NCBI GenBank assembly: GCA_964512855.1
Contig: CAZELD010000001.1
Location: 343 to 64,342, forward strand
DNA length: 64,000 nt
Origin: an uncultured Muribaculum sp.
GTDB taxonomy: Bacteria > Bacteroidota > Bacteroidia > Bacteroidales > Muribaculaceae
Direction of reading: 5' to 3'
In this document: positions 56,932 through 64,000 of the stretch, piece by piece
Layout of the letters: every line of letters starts with the position of its first letter
How positions within the stretch are numbered: position 1 is the first letter of the stretch
Made by a program: the position numbers and the translations under genes
The notes under the pieces: generated by a model
Database searches by the model: none
Told to the model about the DNA's origin: nothing
What the model saw: only the letters and a program-made list of their open reading frames with translations

Positions 56932-57908
56932 ACCACAAAATTCCAAATATAGATTCCGGCATACACCAATATGAAGCACACCACAAGGAAGTAACCGCGT
57001 TTCAATTGATTGATGGCGAAAAAGTGCCCTATCTGCACCGCAGTGCAGCAATTAAGCATAGGGATATAAATGAACCAATGGAAATAATCCACGAAGAGCA
57101 ACGCCACTGTAGTGACCGACAGCACCATCCAGAAACCGTTATAAGCCCTTGTGCGTGAATTGTAGCTGTAGATTTTTATCAGATTCCACGTCCCGAGCAC
57201 ACAGCCTATTATCAACGTAATAGCGGTATACACTATTATGCGTAGCAATTGATGGCCGTTCAATGCCTCAAAGACGCCCACAAATTCAGGCAGTTTGAAG
57301 CTTGTGGGGTCTATGGCGCCGAATCCGGCGAGAATCCATAACGGGGTTATGATTCCGAGGATAATAGCGAGAAGGCCGCGGAACGACAGACACTGCATTT
57401 GGAAGCATCCGATAAGGAATGCCGCCATATAGGCCACATAAGCGTAGTCGGTGAGTGAGCCGAATGCGAGTATGCAGAAAACGATATATATGCTTCGGGT
57501 GTGGTGAGGCTTTTGGAACATAGAGAAAAGAGGGATGACGGCAAGGATCACCAACAGGCATAGCATTAAACCATCAGAAACCTGTCCCGACACTGACGGC
57601 ACCGCGCATTGCATGACGAGGAACGCTCCGGCGAACATAGGCGATGACGTGCGCAACAGATTGTACCGCTGATTTATATATATCAGCAAAAATGCTTGCA
57701 TCGCGCAAATGGCAAGCGCGATGTATAGAGATGTTTCCCGTCCGGAAATCCATTCATTAAGCGACGGCAGCCCGAATCCGTCATTTCCGCTCACAGGGAT
57801 CACTTTCCCCGAATAGAAAGCGAGGATTGCGGCGGCAAACGACACGCAAAGCACTATGAAAAATGCATTGCGTGATTGCACGAACCGCGTTACCTCCTGC
57901 TCTTTCAA
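56928..57908 (-). CDS. polytopic inner-membrane protein, unknown function
   Basis: 326 aa with about 9 hydrophobic helices. Sits tightly between purD and pdxB. Confidence 0.6.
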   Translation of the reverse strand: MKEQEVTRFVQSRNAFFIVLCVSFAAAILAFYSGKVIPVSGNDGFGLPSLNEWISGRETSLYIALAICAMQAFLLIYINQRYNLLRTSSPMFAGAFLVMQCAVPSVSGQVSDGLMLCLLVILAVIPLFSMFQKPHHTRSIYIVFCILAFGSLTDYAYVAYMAAFLIGCFQMQCLSFRGLLAIILGIITPLWILAGFGAIDPTSFKLPEFVGVFEALNGHQLLRIIVYTAITLIIGCVLGTWNLIKIYSYNSRTRAYNGFWMVLSVTTVALLFVDYFHWFIYIPMLNCCTAVQIGHFFAINQLKRGYFLVVCFILVYAGIYIWNFVV

Positions 57909-57911
57909 TTT

Positions 57912-59192
57912 TTATTTTTTGTAATTCAACAAATCTTTGCCGATATCGCGGCGGCTATATTTGCCGTCAAAGTTTATGCGGGCGATATTCTCATAGCTCT
58001 TGGCAAGAGCGTCGGCAACTGTTTCTCCGTAAGAGCTTACCGAAAGCACTCGTCCGCCGGAAGTCACAATATTGTTGCCATCGGCTTTCGTGCCGGCATG
58101 AAACACGATGCTGCCGTCAACATTGTCAAGCCCGGAGATCACCTTACCCTTTTCATAACTGCCCGGATAACCGCCCGACACCATCATCACAGTCACAGCC
58201 GGACGGGGATCTATGTTAAGCGGCATATCTCCGAGGTTGCCATTGGCGGCTGCGATCATAAGCTCAAGCAAGTCGCTGTCCACTCTCAGCATCACTGCCT
58301 CAGTCTCGGGATCGCCCATTCTGACATTGTATTCAATAACCATGGGATCTCCCTCGACGTTGATCAACCCAAGGAAAATGAATCCTCTGTAAGTGATTCC
58401 CTCTGCGGCGAGACCGTTCACAGTTGGTTCAATAATGCGTTCACGCACCTTTGCCATAAACTCGTCATCGGCAAACACCACGGGGCTCACGGCACCCATT
58501 CCTCCGGTGTTCAAGCCGGTGTCACCCTCGCCGATACGTTTATAATCCTTTGCAACAGGCAAAACACGGTAATCCTTGCCGTCAGTAAGCACGAATACCG
58601 AGCATTCGATGCCTGAAAGGAACTCTTCAATGACAACTGTAGCCGATGACGCGCCAAACATTCCCGACAGCATCTCCTTCAATGAAGCCTTCGCTTCCTC
58701 AAGAGTGGGCAGAATCAAAACACCCTTGCCGGCGGCAAGACCATCAGCTTTCAGCACGTAGGGCGCCTTGAGGCTTTCAAGAAACTTATATCCCTCCTCT
58801 ATATTGTCGGCATTGAAGCTGCGATAGCGCGCGGTGGGGATATTATGACGCACCATGAACTGCTTGGCAAAGTCCTTGCTGCCTTCAAGAGCAGCGCCAG
58901 CCTGACTCGGTCCCACAACCAGTATGCCGCGTTCATTGAAATAATCATAAATTCCTTTTACAAGCGGATCCTCGTTTCCGGCGATTATAACTGAAATTTG
59001 ATTGTCGGTTACGAATTTTTCAATTGCGGGAAAATCAATGGGCGAAATGTTGACATTTTCACCGTATTGCGAAGTCCCTCCATTTCCCGGGGCAATAAAT
59101 AGTTTTTCAAGGAGAGGACTTTGGCTAATTTTCCATGCAAGAGCCGACTCGCGGCCGCCCGATCCGAGCAACAGGACGTTTATTTTATTCAT
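57912..59192 (-). CDS. purD: phosphoribosylamine--glycine ligase
   Basis: [21 protein letters not shown] and ATP-grasp motifs. ATG 59192 preferred. Confidence 0.95.
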   Translation of the reverse strand: MNKINVLLLGSGGRESALAWKISQSPLLEKLFIAPGNGGTSQYGENVNISPIDFPAIEKFVTDNQISVIIAGNEDPLVKGIYDYFNERGILVVGPSQAGAALEGSKDFAKQFMVRHNIPTARYRSFNADNIEEGYKFLESLKAPYVLKADGLAAGKGVLILPTLEEAKASLKEMLSGMFGASSATVVIEEFLSGIECSVFVLTDGKDYRVLPVAKDYKRIGEGDTGLNTGGMGAVSPVVFADDEFMAKVRERIIEPTVNGLAAEGITYRGFIFLGLINVEGDPMVIEYNVRMGDPETEAVMLRVDSDLLELMIAAANGNLGDMPLNIDPRPAVTVMMVSGGYPGSYEKGKVISGLDNVDGSIVFHAGTKADGNNIVTSGGRVLSVSSYGETVADALAKSYENIARINFDGKYSRRDIGKDLLNYKK

Positions 59193-59215
59193 TGCGCACA
59201 TTTTTTTACAAGCTC

Positions 59216-60943
59216 TTAATTTTCGTTTTTACTTTCATCGGATGAATCTCCGGCTTTCCAGCCTTTGCGCTTTCTCATCGCCGGAATTGACGGCTGACGG
59301 CCTATAATGCTTTTCAGCGCTTGTTCATTGCGGCGTAGAGCGAGTGGATTTTCGGAGTCGATGGTTTCGCTCTTTCGGCGCTCCTCCTTTTTCTCATATT
59401 CACGCGCGGCACGTTCACGTTCCTCACGCTTGCGTTCAAACGGGCGTTTCTTATAATTCTCTTCCAACGGACTGCGGCGGCGTTCCTCCTTACGATGTGA
59501 ACCGTTGAAATCACGCTTGAACTTGCTATCCTTGCGTTCATCCTTAAAGCGGCGGTTGCCGTCATCTTTGCGTTCTTTAAACTTGTCTGCGCCTTTGCGG
59601 TTGTCCTTGTACCGAGATTTGCGACGATCGTCGAAGTCGTCATCATCCCGATCGTCAGAAAATTTGCGGCCATTTTTCCCTCCGAATCCTCGTTTGCGGG
59701 CATCCATGCGCCATTCCGTGTCGGTCAAGCGGCGATGTTTTGTGAGTTTCCGATCATCGTGTTGTTTATTCAGGCTATTTCCCTCACGCCGGAAACTCTT
59801 ATAATCACCGTCAAAAGTAATATATTCCCTTAATTCACATTCAAGGGCACCGTTAAGAATCGGCATCTTCACCGACGGGGTCAATCCGATGCGATTGAAG
59901 TATTCATCCTTATATCCGATAATCCAGGAGTGATACCCTTTGAACACTCTTTTTAGCTTTGTGCCCAGCAGGCTGTAAAGGCCTTCCATATCATCGACAG
60001 ATATGCGTTCGCCGTAAGGCGGATTTGTTACGAGCACACCTTCCTCAGGAGCTGATTTCCATTGAGAGAGCGGTTTTATTTCAAGGGATACGTATTTTCC
60101 CACACCGGCTTGTTTTACATTCTTTTCGGCGATAGCAATTGCTTTAGGCGATATATCGGCTCCAATGATCGGGAAGTCAACCTCGCGTTCATTAGAATCA
60201 TCGTTATATAACTGTTCAAACAACTCTTCGTCGAAATCGCTCCAATGCTCGAATGCGAAACTCTTGCGATATACTCCGGGATTGATGTTTGCGGCGATCA
60301 ATGCGGCTTCGATCAGGAAAGTTCCAGATCCGCACATCGGATCGACAAACGGCGCTCCTCCCCTCCATCCGCTTTTTAGTATTATTCCTGCGGCAAGCAC
60401 CTCGTTAATCGGCGCTTCAGTCTGAGCCACCCTATATCCACGTTTATGCAATGATTCTCCGGAGGAATCGAGCGACAAAGTTATGCGGTTGTCGTCAATA
60501 TGCACGTTAATCATTACATCGGCATCTTGCAAGCGCACTCCCGGACGTCGGTCGGCTCCAAAGCGGTCTTTAAAGAAGTCAACGATACCGTCTTTCACAC
60601 GATAGGTCACGAACCGTGAATTAGTAAATATCTCCGAATTTACCACCGGATCTATAGAAAATGTCTTATCGACAGTCATAACTGTTGTCCAGTCAAACTC
60701 TTTTGTCATCTCATAAAGAGAATCAGGGTCATCGGCGGTGAACTTCACAATCGGTTTCAAAATTCTCAAAGCGGTGCGGCAGCTTAAATTCGCCCGATAC
60801 ATCATTTCCTTGTCACCTTCAAAGGAAACCATGCGTCGGCCCACCGTAACATTCTGCGCCCCTATTCCGCGCAGCTCGTCAGCGAGAATTTCTTCAAGAC
60901 CTTGAAAGGTCTTAGCAACCATTTCGTAAGTTTCGGGTTTCAT
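59216..60943 (-). CDS. THUMP-domain class I SAM-dependent RNA methyltransferase (RlmL N-domain-like) with long charged C-terminal tail
   Basis: THUMP N-domain, DPMCGSGTF (motif I), NPPYGER (motif IV), then about 195 aa rich in R/K/D/E. Confidence 0.85.
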   Translation of the reverse strand: MKPETYEMVAKTFQGLEEILADELRGIGAQNVTVGRRMVSFEGDKEMMYRANLSCRTALRILKPIVKFTADDPDSLYEMTKEFDWTTVMTVDKTFSIDPVVNSEIFTNSRFVTYRVKDGIVDFFKDRFGADRRPGVRLQDADVMINVHIDDNRITLSLDSSGESLHKRGYRVAQTEAPINEVLAAGIILKSGWRGGAPFVDPMCGSGTFLIEAALIAANINPGVYRKSFAFEHWSDFDEELFEQLYNDDSNEREVDFPIIGADISPKAIAIAEKNVKQAGVGKYVSLEIKPLSQWKSAPEEGVLVTNPPYGERISVDDMEGLYSLLGTKLKRVFKGYHSWIIGYKDEYFNRIGLTPSVKMPILNGALECELREYITFDGDYKSFRREGNSLNKQHDDRKLTKHRRLTDTEWRMDARKRGFGGKNGRKFSDDRDDDDFDDRRKSRYKDNRKGADKFKERKDDGNRRFKDERKDSKFKRDFNGSHRKEERRRSPLEENYKKRPFERKREERERAAREYEKKEERRKSETIDSENPLALRRNEQALKSIIGRQPSIPAMRKRKGWKAGDSSDESKNEN

Positions 60944-61848
60944 TAATTCTTTAGTCTTAGTATGTTATTAGCTTTCGCCTGTATCAATTTTTCCCCCGGT
61001 TCCACATCTTTGGTGACCCATATATTTCCACCTATAACCGCATTGTCGCCTATTGTTACGCGGCCCAATATAGAGGCGTTGGAATATATTACCACATTGT
61101 TCCCAATTATAGGGTGTCGCGGCACGCCTTTCACCGGATTTCCGTTTTCATCGAGGTCGAAACTCTTCGCGCCGAGCGTCACGCCTTGATAAATCTTCAC
61201 ATTATCTCCAACGATCGCCGTCGCTCCGATAACAATGCCGGTTCCGTGGTCGATGGTGAACGACTCACCTATAGTTGCGTCGGGATGTATGTCAATCCCT
61301 GTTTTCGCATGGGCTTGCTCGCTAATCATTCTCGGTAACACCGGCACACCGAGCAGTGAAAGTTTGTGGGCTATTCGGTAGTGGCATATCGCTTTTATTC
61401 CCGGATAGCAATAAATCACTTCACCAAGAGAAAGCGCAGCCGGGTCGCCGTGATATGTTGCGATCGCATCGTTTTTAAGCAAGCGTCGCAGTTCAGGTAG
61501 AAACTCGATGAATTGATCGGCTTTCTCCTCGGCCAATAGCCTTACATTGTTTAGCGTTCCGTTTAGGCTTAATCCCGCATGAATCTGATGAGCCAGGATG
61601 CGGTACAGTTTTTCCAACCATACTCCGGTGAAGTCGCGTATGTTTTCGCATCCGGCGTCGTTGTCGCCGAAGTATCCGGGAAAAACAATGGTGCACGTCA
61701 AGTCAACGATCTGCGTTGCCGCTTCGTTAGACGGCAGCGGACCGCGATGGCATAACGACGCGCAGATGTCGGCCAGGGATTCTTCCGAAGAAAGCCTGTC
61801 GGCTGCGTTACGCAATATAGCGTCATGATGTCGATTCTCTGCGTTCAT
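60943..61848 (-). CDS. cysE: serine O-acetyltransferase
   Basis: N-terminal SATase helical domain plus hexapeptide repeats (GIVIGATAIVGDNVKIYQGVTLG, IGNNVVIYSNASILG). The stop shares 1 nt with the downstream start (TAATG). Confidence 0.85.
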   Translation of the reverse strand: MNAENRHHDAILRNAADRLSSEESLADICASLCHRGPLPSNEAATQIVDLTCTIVFPGYFGDNDAGCENIRDFTGVWLEKLYRILAHQIHAGLSLNGTLNNVRLLAEEKADQFIEFLPELRRLLKNDAIATYHGDPAALSLGEVIYCYPGIKAICHYRIAHKLSLLGVPVLPRMISEQAHAKTGIDIHPDATIGESFTIDHGTGIVIGATAIVGDNVKIYQGVTLGAKSFDLDENGNPVKGVPRHPIIGNNVVIYSNASILGRVTIGDNAVIGGNIWVTKDVEPGEKLIQAKANNILRLKN

Positions 61849-61860
61849 AAAATAATAGTG

Positions 61861-61868
61861 CAAATTTA
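61861..61868 (-). promoter_or_regulatory. -7 promoter box (TAAATTTG on minus strand)
   Basis: TAnnTTTG, 12 nt upstream of the cysE ATG at 61848. Confidence 0.5.
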
Positions 61869-61956
61869 CACGAAAAACTCATACTAAACAACAAATAATC
61901 TTACGGAAAATTTTCAAAATGCAGAGGAAAGACTTCGTATTGCCGAAGAAAATCCG

Positions 61957-61964
61957 TATTTTTG
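61957..61964 (+). promoter_or_regulatory. -7 promoter box TATTTTTG
   Basis: TAnnTTTG, 19 nt upstream of the dapB ATG at 61984. Confidence 0.55.
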
Positions 61965-61983
61965 TCTGATTAAATTTAAAATT

Positions 61984-62736
61984 ATGAAAATTGCATTAAT
62001 AGGCTACGGCAAAATGGGAAGGGCGATTGAGAGCATCGCGCTTCAACGCGGGCATAGCATAGTCTGTAAAATAGATGTAGACAATCAGGATGACTTTGAG
62101 TCGGAAGCTTTTGCGTCGGCCGACATTGCGATAGAATTTACCACTCCTGCAACGGCCGCGGCTAATTACAAGCGCGCTTTTTCCCAAGACATTCCCGTGG
62201 TGTCGGGTAGCACGGGATGGCTTGCTGATATGCCCGAAATAAAGAAAATGTGTGATGAAGGGAAGGCGACTTTCTTCTGGACATCCAATTTTTCGCTTGG
62301 CGTTAATATATTTTTCGCAGTAAATAAATATCTGGCATCCCTCATGGCCGGACTACCCCAATATACACCTTCCATGACCGAAATACATCACATCCATAAA
62401 CTCGACCATCCAAGCGGCACGGCGATCACGCTTGCTGAGGGGATAATGGCTAAAGATGATCGTATAAAAAGCTGGACTGAAGCGGAAAAGTATGGCGCGG
62501 ATCAACTTCATATAACCGCCGAACGAGAGGGCGAAGTCCCGGGGACGCATATCATCAAATGGGATAGTGAGGCCGACGCCATCACGATTGAGCATCGCGC
62601 CAAGTCGCGTATGGGCTTCGCGCTCGGCGCTGTGTTGGCCGCTGAATGGGCTTGTGGCAAAAAGGGATTCCTGACTATGGATGAGATGATGCATAGTCTC
62701 GTCGCTAAATCTCAACTGCTTGATATAATAAAGTAA
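61984..62736 (+). CDS. dapB: 4-hydroxy-tetrahydrodipicolinate reductase
   Basis: MKIALIGYGKMGR and EIHHIHKLDHPSGTA motifs. Confidence 0.93.
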   Translation: MKIALIGYGKMGRAIESIALQRGHSIVCKIDVDNQDDFESEAFASADIAIEFTTPATAAANYKRAFSQDIPVVSGSTGWLADMPEIKKMCDEGKATFFWTSNFSLGVNIFFAVNKYLASLMAGLPQYTPSMTEIHHIHKLDHPSGTAITLAEGIMAKDDRIKSWTEAEKYGADQLHITAEREGEVPGTHIIKWDSEADAITIEHRAKSRMGFALGAVLAAEWACGKKGFLTMDEMMHSLVAKSQLLDIIK

Positions 62737-62741
62737 AAAAA

Positions 62742-64000
62742 ATGGCAGCAAAACCTTCATTTTCCGAAGATTTCAAGCGTAGAATCAAAGAGGTTAAAAT
62801 GACGAGGTGGATTCGTTTCGCTCTCGTTTCGCTTCTTTTTATCGCCTGGGTGGCGTGGCTCGGCAGTTGGTGGGTGCTAATATTCCTCCTCTTGCTGTTT
62901 GATATATATATAACCGGTTATATCCCGCTTACGTGGTGGAAAAAGAGTAAGAGCAAGACTGTAAAATCGGCTATGAGCTGGGTTGACGCTATCGTATATG
63001 CTCTCGTGCTGGTCTATTTTGTTTTTACATTTGTGGGGCAGAATTACCAAATTCCATCATCTTCACTTGAAAAATCATTGCTTGTGGGAGACTATCTCTG
63101 GGTCAACAAGATGGCCTACGGGCCGCGTGTGCCTATGACACCGATACATTTTCCTCTTGCTCAACACACGCTCCCAGTGATTAACACCAAGAGTTATATA
63201 GAGTGGCCACAGTGGAAATACAAGCGGCTAAAAGGCCTTGGAAAGGTGGCGCGCGGCGATATCGTGGTGTTCAATTTTCCTGCGGGAGACACGGTTGCGA
63301 CAAAAATGCAGAATCCGGACTACTATACGCTCGTCAATATGTTTGGCCGCTTCGCCGTGCATAACAATAAGGAGCAGTTTGGTGATATCATATATCGTCC
63401 GGTAGATAGACGAGAGAATTATGTGAAGCGCGCAGTAGGCCTTCCCGGCGAAACCCTCTCCATTGTAGACGGATTAATCCATATTGACGGGGAGCCGATA
63501 CCCCAGCCTCAAAATGTGCAGTTCAACTATTTCTTTCAATTGAAGGACGGCATGATGAGCGAACAGGATTGGGATAATCTTGGCGTAAGCGTGGATGACC
63601 GTCATATAGTTCCTCTGTCGGCAGAAGATGTGGCAAATGTGTCGGGCAATGGATTTTTAGTGCGTGAGGACGGCTCGATTCCTCCTATCTATGCGGCTCC
63701 GTTGACATCGGCAATGGTTGAAACTCTCGAATCAGATCCAAGAGTCAGCAATGTTATGAAAGTTCCCGCTTCGGAGGTGACCCCGCTGTTTCCGGAGAAC
63801 GTATCACAGGGGTGGACCCGCGCCGACTATGGAGAACTTTGGATTCCCAAGAAGGGGGAATCAATCGAACTGACGCCGCGCAATTGGGATATATATAATC
63901 GCTGTATACGCAATTACGAGGGTCATACCGACGCTTATATAAAGGATGGCACGGTCTATATAGACGGTAAGCCGGCGAAAACTTACACCTTTGAGATGGA
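62742..64000 (+). CDS. lepB: signal peptidase I, 3' partial
   Basis: Absent from the ORF track because it runs off the window. My own translation from ATG 62742 gives TM helices, then IPSSSLEKSLLVGDYLWVNKMAYGPRVP, GDIVVFNFPAGD and RENYVKRAVGLPGETL (S26 Ser/Lys boxes). Confidence 0.85.
   Translation, partial: MAAKPSFSEDFKRRIKEVKMTRWIRFALVSLLFIAWVAWLGSWWVLIFLLLLFDIYITGYIPLTWWKKSKSKTVKSAMSWVDAIVYALVLVYFVFTFVGQNYQIPSSSLEKSLLVGDYLWVNKMAYGPRVPMTPIHFPLAQHTLPVINTKSYIEWPQWKYKRLKGLGKVARGDIVVFNFPAGDTVATKMQNPDYYTLVNMFGRFAVHNNKEQFGDIIYRPVDRRENYVKRAVGLPGETLSIVDGLIHIDGEPIPQPQNVQFNYFFQLKDGMMSEQDWDNLGVSVDDRHIVPLSAEDVANVSGNGFLVREDGSIPPIYAAPLTSAMVETLESDPRVSNVMKVPASEVTPLFPENVSQGWTRADYGELWIPKKGESIELTPRNWDIYNRCIRNYEGHTDAYIKDGTVYIDGKPAKTYTFEM

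Noticed and set aside
56932-57051. 40-codon N-terminal extension of the pdxB ORF. Similar extensions occur at 30367-30438 (lipoprotein), 12544-12567 (nadB), 2885-2911 (nadA), 53632-53643 (pdxJ), 59193-59201 (purD) and 61849-61863 (cysE).
   Set aside because: The extensions overlap upstream genes or -7 boxes and add non-conserved residues. The internal ATGs restore canonical N-termini (for example MNVIIEKNIPF, and the MKHCYLF...SC lipobox).
59314-59804. Two long ORFs (59314-59703 minus strand, alternative frame; 59505-59804 plus strand) overlapping the methyltransferase tail.
   Set aside because: Both lie entirely within the repetitive purine-rich charged-tail region and translate to low-complexity R/S/K sequence. 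They are frame artefacts of the repeat.
1-64000. Looked for CRISPR arrays, tRNA/rRNA genes, transposases, integrases and phage or conjugation genes.
   Set aside because: None seen. All non-coding gaps are 570 bp or shorter, AT-rich, and lack regularly spaced repeats or cloverleaf-type GC-rich stems. No ORF has recombinase or transposase motifs.
1-64000. Possible chimeric assembly: genes left of about 23.6 kb look more AT-rich than genes to the right.
   Set aside because: My hand counts within single housekeeping genes vary widely (leuS samples 37-51% G+C, nadA 45%, pdxJ 55%, dapB 49%). The left-right difference for core genes is therefore modest and not clearly beyond normal gene-to-gene variance. 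The sharp changes are confined to the polysaccharide locus, and promoter grammar is the same on both sides. A genome-wide GC3 or tetranucleotide analysis would settle it.

Overview
Gene-dense 64-kb chromosomal segment with about 52 protein-coding genes on both strands and gaps mostly under 100 bp. It looks like Bacteroidota/Bacteroidales: a SusC/SusD pair, two proteins with T9SS-type C-terminal sorting domains, many lipoprotein or signal-peptide proteins, and 14 intergenic TAnnTTTG (-7) promoter boxes sitting at sensible distances from start codons. I found no rRNA or tRNA genes, CRISPR arrays, transposases, integrases or phage genes. Layout: (1) 1-12.6 kb holds housekeeping and cofactor genes (5'-partial GH28, SDR epimerase, nadA, leuS, rdgB, a PorZ-like double-propeller protein, nadB). 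(2) 12.6-23.6 kb is a Wzx/Wzy-type surface-polysaccharide locus (GT2, wecB, GTs, wza, wzy, a Wzc-like protein lacking a kinase P-loop, licD, wzx) with strongly mosaic base composition. (3) 23.6-34.6 kb holds a radical-SAM/LD-carboxypeptidase pair, TraB/GumN, DJ-1, a GT4 / radical-SAM-SPASM / DUF1972-GT trio, a lipoprotein, SUI1 and an AddA-like helicase-nuclease. (4) 34.6-45.9 kb is a PUL-like locus. Its rightward operon is a secreted histidine-acid phosphatase followed by susC and susD. Its leftward arm is a CE12-type esterase with a T9SS tail, a secreted CBM-like ORF, and a kinase-less propeller/Y_Y_Y-TM-AraC sensor. (5) 45.9-64 kb holds queG, a CE4 deacetylase, a 1150-aa DUF2723 GT-C-like protein, tonB-exbD-exbB, pdxJ, nadK, an M48-like peptidase, pdxB, a polytopic membrane protein, purD, a THUMP RNA methyltransferase with a 195-aa charged tail, cysE, dapB and 3'-partial lepB. 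The best candidates for something undescribed, in order: the phosphatase-led SusCD operon with its unusual, apparently split one-component sensor; the GT / radical-SAM(SPASM) / GT trio; the exbBD-tonB-DUF2723-CE4 operon; and the P-loop-less Wzc-like protein. All family calls come from motif reading by eye, and no database search was possible.
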